The position numbers and the translations under genes are program-made. Positions 10,637 to 18,968 of a stretch of 64,000 nt of DNA are shown here, piece by piece (position 1 is the stretch's first letter; every line of letters starts with the position of its first letter). Below the pieces are notes generated by a model. That model was given only the letters and a program-made list of their open reading frames with translations. It did not search any database and was not told where the DNA came from. This stretch comes from Acidobacteriota bacterium (GTDB lineage: Bacteria; Acidobacteriota; Blastocatellia; Pyrinomonadales; Pyrinomonadaceae): contig JBKPEE010000033.1 of NCBI GenBank assembly GCA_046728235.1, positions 222 through 64,221 on the forward strand. Reading direction: 5' to 3'.

Positions 10637-12073
10637 ATGACGAATATTTTTGCAGACAAGTTACGCGAGGAGTGCGGTGTCTTCGGAATCTACGGACATC
10701 CGGAAGCGGCTCGCATGACGTATCTCGGCCTCTACGCGTTGCAGCATCGAGGCCAGGAATCATGCGGCATCGTGGCCGCGAACGGAGAACAGCTGATTTC
10801 GGAACGCGAGATGGGACACGTCTCAGAGGCGTTCGATCAAACCCGCCTCGACCGGCTGCCGGGTCCTGCGTCGATCGGCCACGTGCGGTATTCGACGGCG
10901 GGCGAAGTTTCGATCCGCGAGTGCCAGCCGTTTTCCGTTACCTGTCAGCATGGCCAGATTGCAGTCTGCCACAATGGCAATCTGCCGTTCGCCGGTGAAG
11001 AGCGAAAGCGCCTGGAACGCGAAGGCGCGATCTTTTCATCGACTTCTGACACGGAAGTAATTCTGCATGGAGTTGCGCGGTCGCGCGCCGCCACGGTCCC
11101 GGAGGCGATCGCTGAAGTGCTACGCGAAACGGAAGGCGCGTTCTCAACTTTGTTTCTGACGCCGCGCGAGCTGATCGCGATTCGCGACCCGCGCGGCTTT
11201 CGGCCGCTGGCCCTGGGCCGTTTGAATGATGCCTGGGTGGTCGCGTCAGAGACCTGTGCGTTCGATTTAATCGATGCGAAATACATGCGCGACGTTGAAC
11301 CGGGAGAGATGGTCGTCATCAATGAAGATGGCTTGCGATCATCTCACCCATTGAAGGCACAGCAACATTCAATGTGCCTCTTCGAGCATGTTTATTTTTC
11401 GCGGCCCGACTCGATCATCTTTGGCCAGTCGGTGAATCGTTCGCGCCACAAGATGGGCAAGCGTCTGGCGGTCGAACAACCTGCCGACGCAGATATCGTC
11501 GTGCCCGTTCCCGATTCCGGTGTGCCGGCGGCGATCGGTTACTCAGCCGAAAGCGGATTGCCGTTCCGATTCGGGCTGGTGCGCAATCATTACGTCGGCC
11601 GCACTTTCATTGAGCCGCGCCAATCAATTCGAAGCTTCGGGGTGCGCATCAAATTGAATCCGGTGCGCAATCTGATCGAAGGCAAACGAATTGTTTTGAT
11701 CGACGACTCGATCGTGCGCGGCACCACTTCCAAAAAGATCGTGCGCATGATCCGCGAGGCCGGCGCCAAAGAAATTCACGTCCGCATTTCCTGCCCGCCG
11801 ACTGTCAGCCCCTGCTATTACGGCGTTGACACGCCGAACAAGTCTGAATTGATCGCCGCCAACTATTCAATCGAAGGCATTCGCGACTTTATCGGCGCTG
11901 ATTCGCTCGGTTATCTGTCCCTCGAAGGCATGCAACAGGCTACCGGCCTGAGCGCGGACGATTCATGCGTGGCCTGCTGGACTGAACGTTATCCGACGCG
12001 GATCACCAGCGCGGCCGAGACGATGCATTCGCGAGACGAATCGGCGGCGCCGCACGTGCCGGTGGAGATCTGA
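10637..12073 (+). CDS. purF: amidophosphoribosyltransferase
   Basis: CGVFGIYG N-terminal nucleophile motif, HRGQESCGI, and the PRTase motif VLIDDSIVRGTT. Confidence 0.95.
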   Translation: MTNIFADKLREECGVFGIYGHPEAARMTYLGLYALQHRGQESCGIVAANGEQLISEREMGHVSEAFDQTRLDRLPGPASIGHVRYSTAGEVSIRECQPFSVTCQHGQIAVCHNGNLPFAGEERKRLEREGAIFSSTSDTEVILHGVARSRAATVPEAIAEVLRETEGAFSTLFLTPRELIAIRDPRGFRPLALGRLNDAWVVASETCAFDLIDAKYMRDVEPGEMVVINEDGLRSSHPLKAQQHSMCLFEHVYFSRPDSIIFGQSVNRSRHKMGKRLAVEQPADADIVVPVPDSGVPAAIGYSAESGLPFRFGLVRNHYVGRTFIEPRQSIRSFGVRIKLNPVRNLIEGKRIVLIDDSIVRGTTSKKIVRMIREAGAKEIHVRISCPPTVSPCYYGVDTPNKSELIAANYSIEGIRDFIGADSLGYLSLEGMQQATGLSADDSCVACWTERYPTRITSAAETMHSRDESAAPHVPVEI

Positions 12074-12201
12074 AACGAAAACCCTCATGATCTCCAATCT
12101 GATGTTCAGGTGTGTTAGCAAAGATCTTTACTTGCCGAAAGGTTCCGAAATGCCTACTCTCCCGCAGACTTGTCAACTCGTTCCCGCTCCTAGTTTGAAG
12201 C

Positions 12202-12518
12202 ATGATTCTGGGCATCGCCGAGTCGATCAACGGTGTTCTAATTCGTCTTACCGATGAGCGCTGGGAGCATATTCTCGATTCGCATCCTGAGTTGATTTCC
12301 TACCGCGAAACCATACTTGAAGCCGTGGAGACCCGGACTACATTCTAGCCAGCAGACGTGGGGCGCTCGCCGTCGTAGTTGTCCTGGGACGAAAAGCCTT
12401 TCTTCATGTCTTCTATGTTGAGAAGGGCCGTCATGACGGATTTATTCTTTCGGCGTATCTGGAAGAAGCGATGGCCAAGGCAAACATCGTATGGCGCAAA
12501 GAGAACCAAGAAGAATAG
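12202..12518 (+). pseudogene. frameshifted small toxin-like gene upstream of a DUF2283 gene
   Basis: MILGIAESINGVLIRLTDERWEHILDSHPELISYRETILEAVET reads into a stop at 12346..12348. The +1 frame continues PDYILASRRGALAVVVVLGRKAFLHVFYVEKGRHDGFILSAYLEE... to a TAG at 12516..12518. This implies a one-base indel near 12330. Confidence 0.5.
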
Positions 12519-12766
12519 TCGTTCCCAGCAAAGAAGAATTGCTTAATGCTGCGCGCCGGCGAGTTGATCTCCCGCCTGGTGAGTTGTGGCTTGACTATCA
12601 GGATGACGTGGATACGCTTTACATCAGCCTCAAAGAAGAAACGCACCCAACTCACAGCAAGAGCGATGTCGACGATCTGGTTGTCTTCGATTATGAGGGA
12701 GACGAGCTTGTCGGCATCGAAATCATGGATATCACCGGCCAGTTGAAGTACGCCAACCCGTCGTGA
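12491..12766 (+). CDS. DUF2283 domain-containing protein (antitoxin-like partner)
   Basis: 91 aa. LWLDYQDDVDTLYISL ... DELVGIEI pattern is typical of DUF2283. Confidence 0.7.
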   Translation: MAQREPRRIVVPSKEELLNAARRRVDLPPGELWLDYQDDVDTLYISLKEETHPTHSKSDVDDLVVFDYEGDELVGIEIMDITGQLKYANPS

Positions 12767-13134
12767 ACCTCTTAAACGATTCGTGACCCCAGGAGTTGAG
12801 CCTCGAACTCATCCAATACTCTCGTCGCCTTAATCGATGTGGCATTTGGTAAAGCTTCGATAGGCGGTTTCAAGCTTATCTCTATAATCTTAGTCGTCAC
12901 GCACATACGAGAACGGGTTCGGTCTTAGTAACGGAACAAGCACTCGCGCAAGATCTGAAGGTCGCGTGAAGCGAAGCTCTAGCTGTCTGGGCGTCGGCAT
13001 AATTTGATATGCGCAAATAGCAGCCCTACAACAGCGAGAATTCCATCAACGCTCATTTATTTCTGGGATACTTAGGTTGGCGCGTTGGGCTTGCATTATT
13101 GATTACGATGAGTTTTAAAGTAGTCGAAACGTAG

Positions 13135-15504
13135 ATGAGAGACAAGACCGAACTCAAAACGTTAGTCGGTAAACCCATTCCCCGTAAAGAAGGCCGCCAG
13201 AAAGTTACCGGCGCGGCGCTCTATATCGACGATCTGAAGTTCGATGGAATGCTCCATGGTGTGACCGTGCGCAGCTCGATTGCCCGCGGGCGCATCAAGA
13301 ACATTTCTTTCGATCAACCGCCCGCTACCGCAGGCGGTTCTAACCGTACGATTCCGTGGAACGAAATCACGATTGTTACCGCCAAAGACATTCCCGGCGA
13401 AAACTATGTCGCCTTGATCCTCAACGACCAGCCATATCTCGCGGAAAAGATCGTCAATCATCCGGAAGAGCCAATCGTGCTCCTGGCCCATCAGGACAAG
13501 TACCTGCTCGAAGAAACGCGGCGTCACGTGCAGATCGAGTATGAAACGCTGCCGGCGATCTTTTCTCTGCCGGCTTCACTCGCAAAGAAGGAAATAGTCT
13601 GGGGCGATGACAACGTCTTCAAGCGATTTCTGGTCGATAAGGGCAACGTCGACGAGGCGTGGTCCCAGGCCGACTTCATCGTCGAAGGCGAATACGAAAC
13701 GGGCGCGCAGGAGCAACTCTACATCGAAAACAACGGCGCCATTGCCATCGCTAGCCCAAACGAAGGCGTCACTGTCTGGGGCTCGATGCAGTGTCCTTAC
13801 TACGTGCATAAGGCTTTAGTTAAGTTGTTTGGTTTGCCGGAAGAAAAGGTGCGTGTCATTCAGACTGAGACCGGGGGCGGCTTTGGCGGCAAGGAAGAAT
13901 ATCCTTCGATGATTGCCGGCCATGCGGCGCTGTTGTCATGGAAATCAGGCCAACCGGTGAAGATGATTTATGATCGCGCCGAGGATATGGTCGCGACCAC
14001 CAAGCGCCATCCGTCACGGACACGACACAAGACCGGAGTGACGAAGGATGGAAAACTTCTGGCCCAGGAGATCGAGTTTGTGATCGACGGCGGGGCGTAC
14101 TGCACGCTCTCACCCGTCGTGCTCTCGCGCGGCACGATTCATGCGGCCGGCCCCTATTTCTGTCCCAACGTGCGCATCAGGAGCACGGCGGTGGCGACGA
14201 ACGTGCCGCCGCACGGCGCTTTTCGCGGGTTTGGCGCGCCACAGAGCATCTTTGCGCTGGAACGCCACATGGATAAAGTCGCGCAGACCATTGGACTAAC
14301 TGCGGACGAATTTCGGCGTCGCAACTTCATCAAAGAAGGCGAAACCACCGCCACGAATCAGATCATCCGCGAGCAAGTCGATCTCGAAGGCCTGATGAAT
14401 CGCGCGTTCGCGCTGACTGACTATCATGCAAAACGCGAGAGGTTCGCCAGAGAGAATGCCGGGGGCGCGGACACGCGCGTTCGCACAGCACCCGAAAGCG
14501 CGCCCAGCACGAACAGTTCGGCCAACGGGAATGGACAGCTACCCCCGGTAATAAAAAAAGGCATCGGCTTTGCTTCATTCATGCACGGCGCGGGCTTTAC
14601 CGGGTCGGGCGAAGTTTATTTGCAATCAGTCGTGGGCGCCGAAGCGACCGCCGAGGGCCACGTAAAGATTCTGGCGGCCAGCACCGAGATTGGTCAGGGC
14701 ACAAATACGATCTTCGCACAGATTGCCGCCGAAGCTCTCGGGCTGGATTACGATCTGATCGAGGTGATTCAACCCGATACGACCAATGTGCCAAATTCCG
14801 GCCCCACGGTCGCCTCGCGCACCTGCATGATCGTGGGCAAGCTGGTCGAATCAGCGGTGCTGGGACTGAAACAGACACTCGTCGGCAGCGGCGTATTGAA
14901 CGAGCAATTCACGCAAAGTGAATTCCAACAAGCGTGCGCTGAGTACATCGCCCGCCATGGGCAACTGAAGACCTTCAGCCAGTATCAGCCGCCACCCAAC
15001 GTTCACTGGGACGACGAGAAGTATCAGGGCGAAGCATACGGCGCTTTCGCCTGGGCAGTGTATGTCGCCGAGGTTTCGTTCGACCCGCTGACCTACGAGG
15101 CCCAGGTCGACGATTTTGTGGCCGTGCAGGAAGTTGGCCGGGTAATCAATCCAGTGCTCGCCGCGGGACAGATCGAAGGCGGAGTGGCCCAGGCAATCGG
15201 CATGACGCTTTATGAAAATGTTGTCTGGCAAAACGGGCGCATGGCAAATGGCCAAATGACCAATTACATCATGCCGACTGCTGCCGATGTGCCGCCGATC
15301 CGGGTCCACTTCGAAGAAAACCCGTACGCTTTCGGACCAGGCGGAGCCAAAGGAATTGGGGAACTCCCGATGGACGGACCAGCGCCGGCAATCGTGAATG
15401 CGATTGAGAATGCGACGGGAAGGAGCTTCGTAAGAATTCCGTTAATGCCCGAAGCGATGATCGAAGAGGTGTCAGATGCGACACCTGGTGTCGCATCAAT
15501 TTAG
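13135..15504 (+). CDS. xanthine dehydrogenase family, molybdopterin-binding large subunit
   Basis: 789 aa. GGGFGGKE motif and a C-terminal GIGELP-type motif. Lies in a locus with 2Fe-2S and FAD subunits and urate-pathway genes. Confidence 0.9.
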   Translation: MRDKTELKTLVGKPIPRKEGRQKVTGAALYIDDLKFDGMLHGVTVRSSIARGRIKNISFDQPPATAGGSNRTIPWNEITIVTAKDIPGENYVALILNDQPYLAEKIVNHPEEPIVLLAHQDKYLLEETRRHVQIEYETLPAIFSLPASLAKKEIVWGDDNVFKRFLVDKGNVDEAWSQADFIVEGEYETGAQEQLYIENNGAIAIASPNEGVTVWGSMQCPYYVHKALVKLFGLPEEKVRVIQTETGGGFGGKEEYPSMIAGHAALLSWKSGQPVKMIYDRAEDMVATTKRHPSRTRHKTGVTKDGKLLAQEIEFVIDGGAYCTLSPVVLSRGTIHAAGPYFCPNVRIRSTAVATNVPPHGAFRGFGAPQSIFALERHMDKVAQTIGLTADEFRRRNFIKEGETTATNQIIREQVDLEGLMNRAFALTDYHAKRERFARENAGGADTRVRTAPESAPSTNSSANGNGQLPPVIKKGIGFASFMHGAGFTGSGEVYLQSVVGAEATAEGHVKILAASTEIGQGTNTIFAQIAAEALGLDYDLIEVIQPDTTNVPNSGPTVASRTCMIVGKLVESAVLGLKQTLVGSGVLNEQFTQSEFQQACAEYIARHGQLKTFSQYQPPPNVHWDDEKYQGEAYGAFAWAVYVAEVSFDPLTYEAQVDDFVAVQEVGRVINPVLAAGQIEGGVAQAIGMTLYENVVWQNGRMANGQMTNYIMPTAADVPPIRVHFEENPYAFGPGGAKGIGELPMDGPAPAIVNAIENATGRSFVRIPLMPEAMIEEVSDATPGVASI

Positions 15505-15743
15505 CATCAACCGACTGCTCTCGATAAGGTCCCATTTCAGGGGACATAACCCGCCCTACCAAAATAAGCACCGTCGCCATCTCTTAACCCCAGGCAATAC
15601 CACGCGAAAACATTCATTGACAATAAAGGTGCTTACGAGTAGAACGTCAATCAATCCAGTGGGGAAAATTTCGGCCGGATCATTGTAAACACACAGGCGA
15701 CTGTGAATCACCTCACCAGTTCGCCAATCTTCGCGAGGAAATC

Positions 15744-18719
15744 TTGGCTTCCCAACAGATCGCTCACTACCGGATCATGCAAAAGCTCGGCGCGGGCGGC
15801 ATGGGTGAAGTCTTTCTCGCCCAGGACACGAAACTCGAGCGCAAAGTCGCGATCAAGATGCTCCCGGCCAAATCTATCGACGACGTCCAGGCCCGCCGGC
15901 GACTGGTGCGCGAAGCCAGGGCCGCAGCCACCCTCGACCACCCGAATATTTGCGCAGTCTACGAAGTCAACGAAGACCGGGACTGCCTGTTCATTGTCAT
16001 GCAGTACATCGAAGGTGAAACTCTGGCAGAGAAGCTGCTGGGCCGGCACCTGTCGGCCGATGAAGTGCTCGACATCGGTATCCAGGTCGCCGAGGCGCTT
16101 TCGGAAGCGCATTCACGAGGCGTCATTCATCGGGACATCAAACCATCGAACGTAGTCATCACTCCGCGAAGGCAGGTGAAGGTTTTGGATTTCGGCCTGG
16201 CCCGGGTGACGCAGAGCGAACAGCGTTCGGACCCCAACGCCCAGACGGAAACGCAACTCACCCAGGAGGGCTACATAGTTGGCACCGTGGCTTATATGTC
16301 ACCTGAGCAACTGAAGGGTCTGCCCGCCGACGGCCGCAGCGATATTTTTTCGCTGGGAGTTTTACTCTACGAGTGCGCCGCCGGAGCACCACCATTCACC
16401 GGCAGTAGTAAGATCGAAATTTCTTCCAAGGTCCTGCAAGTCGAGCCGCGGAAGCCTTCCGAATTAAACCCGCAAATCCCTCCGCTGCTGGAGCGAATCA
16501 TCCTCAAGGCAATGGCCAAGGACCCTGGCGATCGATATCAGTCGGTCGATGAAGTTATTCACGAGCTCAAAGGCGTCCGCACTTCATTATCCGGAGCCAC
16601 CGAATTGCTCCCGAGCGCCGCGCGCCATACCGCTGCGTCAAAGGTGACGAGCAGCCCGCTAACTGCATTGCGCTCGCGAAATGTTCAATTGTGGCTGGCA
16701 ATCGTAGCGGTGGCGATCGTGGGCACGTTAATAGCCTGGCGCGTTTGGCGCTCATCGCCTTATCAACCTGTCGCGGCAGCTAAGCCCTATTATGAGAAAG
16801 GAGTGGATGCGATCCACGCCGGGACTTATTTCCAGGCGCGCAAGCTTTTAAAACAGTCCGTTGATTTAGATTCGCAGTATGCTCCGGCGCATGCGCGCTT
16901 GGGTGAGGCTTATCTGGAAACAGGCAACACCGAGCAGGCGAAGGACGAACTGCTCGCGGCGAATGCCCTGGCCGGCAGGCGCAGCCTGGCAAAGCGTGAC
17001 CAGCTGCAGCTCGACGCGATCGATGCCATGGTCAGGCGCGATTTTGCCGGCGCGATTGCCGGCTATCAGACCATCTCCGATCAGGCGACCACATCTGAAA
17101 AGTCCGACGCATATGTTGACCTCGGCCGCGCTTACGAACGCAATGAACAGCGCGACAAAGCGATTGAGAACTACCTGAAAGCAACCCAAGAAGATGCGCA
17201 ATCGGCCGGGGCCTTCCTGCATCTGGGAATAGCGTACAGCCGTAAACCCGATGCGGACAACGCCGAGAAGGCGTTCAAACGCGCCGAAGAGATCTACAAA
17301 GTGCTGACGAACAATGAAGGACAGGTGGAAGTCGTTTTGCAGCGAGGCATGCTCTTCCGTGGCGCCGGCAAGCTGCCAGAAGCTGAAACTGAGTTCGAAA
17401 AGGTACTGGCGGCGCTGAAGAGCCAGGAAAACGACTACCAGCTGACCCGAACCGAGCTGGAGCTGAGCCTTGTTTACAAAGACGAAGGACACATCGAGCG
17501 GGCGAAACAACTGGCAGCCGACGCGATTCGCGTGGCGCAAGCGAGTGACATTAAGAATGTCGCTGCCAACGGTCTGATCGATCTCGGCCTGGCTTTTCTG
17601 AGCACTGGCGACTTTTCCGAAGCGGGAAATTATCTTCAGCAGGCGCTGGATCTGGCGCGGCGCGATAAATCGACGGCCACTGAGATGAGGGCGCATGTAT
17701 CACTGGGCCGTTTGGCATATCAGAAAAACGATAATGACACAGCCATAAATGAGATTCAGACGGCGTTGAATTTCTACAAGTCCGGCAACTACCCCCGCGA
17801 TACTTCGATCGCTTTGACGCTGCTCGGACGTGCCTACCAGGACCGGGGCGACGACCAAACGGCCATGAAGCTGTTTGAAGAGCAGAGTGCGCTGGCAAAG
17901 CAGGCTGGTGACTCCTCAGGCGTGGCTGATTCGCACATGAACCTGGCGGTGCTGCTGGGTATCGGCGAAGAGAAGTACCCGGAAGCGCTGGCGCACCTCG
18001 ATGAGAAGTTGAGCATTGACGACCTGCGTCATTCAAAGCGTGGCATGGCTTATGACCAGATGAACCGCGCCAATTTTCTCTGGCAACTGGGACGATATGA
18101 CGAGGCGCGCGTCGCGCTGGATGCAGCATTTGAATTGGCTAACGACAAAGAGGCGCAACTTAAAACGGTGCTGGCTTGGGTGCATCTCATCCGCGGCCGC
18201 ATCGCGCTCAGCCAACGCCAGTACGCGGAGGCGAAAAAAGAAGCCCAGCTCGCTGCGGAGTATAATTTTTCGGACGTGACCCTGCAGGCGAACTATACGA
18301 TGGGGCTGGCAGAAGCTTTTTCAGGCTCGCTCCCGGAGGGCCGGAAGCTTTGCGATGAAGCCTTTGACGCGGCGCAGAAATTAAAGTCACGACAGCTGAC
18401 CACGAGTGCCCAACTCGCGCTGGCTGAAGTAATGCTGCTGCAAAAGGACAGCGCCGCCGCGCTCGACAACGCGTTACAGATAGAAAAAATATTTGCCCAA
18501 AAGGGCCAACAAGATTCAGAATGGCGCGCACTACTGATCGCCGCGCGGGCCAGCGACCTGGCGGGAAATAAACCCGCCGCCCGGGAATACGCCGCGCGCG
18601 CCGAACAAACAGGCAATGCTTTACAACAGAAGTGGGGCGCCGAAGCTTATCAAGGCTATCTCAAGCGTCCGGACATTCAGATGTATCAGAAGCAACTAAC
18701 AGATCTGCTCAAGGCATGA
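15744..18719 (+). CDS. membrane Ser/Thr protein kinase with a large C-terminal TPR domain
   Basis: Hanks kinase motifs GAGGMGEVF, VAIK, HRDIKPSN, DFGLA and Y(M)SPEQ. One TM helix (LWLAIVAVAIVGTLIAW). About 640 aa of TPR-like repeats. TTG start. Confidence 0.9.
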   Translation: MASQQIAHYRIMQKLGAGGMGEVFLAQDTKLERKVAIKMLPAKSIDDVQARRRLVREARAAATLDHPNICAVYEVNEDRDCLFIVMQYIEGETLAEKLLGRHLSADEVLDIGIQVAEALSEAHSRGVIHRDIKPSNVVITPRRQVKVLDFGLARVTQSEQRSDPNAQTETQLTQEGYIVGTVAYMSPEQLKGLPADGRSDIFSLGVLLYECAAGAPPFTGSSKIEISSKVLQVEPRKPSELNPQIPPLLERIILKAMAKDPGDRYQSVDEVIHELKGVRTSLSGATELLPSAARHTAASKVTSSPLTALRSRNVQLWLAIVAVAIVGTLIAWRVWRSSPYQPVAAAKPYYEKGVDAIHAGTYFQARKLLKQSVDLDSQYAPAHARLGEAYLETGNTEQAKDELLAANALAGRRSLAKRDQLQLDAIDAMVRRDFAGAIAGYQTISDQATTSEKSDAYVDLGRAYERNEQRDKAIENYLKATQEDAQSAGAFLHLGIAYSRKPDADNAEKAFKRAEEIYKVLTNNEGQVEVVLQRGMLFRGAGKLPEAETEFEKVLAALKSQENDYQLTRTELELSLVYKDEGHIERAKQLAADAIRVAQASDIKNVAANGLIDLGLAFLSTGDFSEAGNYLQQALDLARRDKSTATEMRAHVSLGRLAYQKNDNDTAINEIQTALNFYKSGNYPRDTSIALTLLGRAYQDRGDDQTAMKLFEEQSALAKQAGDSSGVADSHMNLAVLLGIGEEKYPEALAHLDEKLSIDDLRHSKRGMAYDQMNRANFLWQLGRYDEARVALDAAFELANDKEAQLKTVLAWVHLIRGRIALSQRQYAEAKKEAQLAAEYNFSDVTLQANYTMGLAEAFSGSLPEGRKLCDEAFDAAQKLKSRQLTTSAQLALAEVMLLQKDSAAALDNALQIEKIFAQKGQQDSEWRALLIAARASDLAGNKPAAREYAARAEQTGNALQQKWGAEAYQGYLKRPDIQMYQKQLTDLLKA

Positions 18720-18743
18720 CCAGTTCAAAAAGGAGAAACACAT

Positions 18744-18863
18744 ATGACATTCCCCTCGACCCTGCTTTCAGGTACTGGAGACGACCCCGGCGGCAAGGTT
18801 CCTGGCGGCGCTAAACCAAAAAAAGCAAAAAAGACCGCCAAGAAAAAAGCGTCAAAGAAGTAG
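18744..18863 (+). CDS. candidate 39-aa lysine-rich micro-protein
   Basis: ATG preceded by AGGAG with an 8-nt spacer, 24 nt after the kinase stop. Translation is MTFPSTLLSGTGDDPGGKVPGGAKPKKAKKTAKKKASKK. Below the length cut-off of the ORF track. Confidence 0.35.
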   Translation: MTFPSTLLSGTGDDPGGKVPGGAKPKKAKKTAKKKASKK

Positions 18864-18968
18864 CAATCGGACCAACTCAAGCGAAGATCCAACTCGTGCT
18901 GTGCTGTATTCATTTTCAGGTGCATAGCGCAGGAAATACGTGTGTAATGGGCGCGAGGATTCCATCCC

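Noticed and set aside
12979-13056. A minus-strand 25-codon ORF, MSVDGILAVVGLLFAHIKLCRRPDS, resembles a type I toxin (small hydrophobic peptide) in the AT-richer spacer upstream of the XDH gene.
   Set aside because: It has no Shine-Dalgarno upstream and no obvious antisense RNA promoter or structure, and short hydrophobic ORFs arise easily by chance. There is not enough support to call it.
16866-17696. Long antisense or out-of-frame ORFs appear in the six-frame track, for example 16866..17696 (276 aa), 19983..20606, 17551..18129, 3928..4371, 5825..6370 and 61166..61858.
   Set aside because: Each lies entirely within a gene with clear family motifs on the other strand or frame. Their translations are Arg/Pro/Ala-rich with no recognisable motifs, as expected for shadow ORFs in GC-rich DNA.
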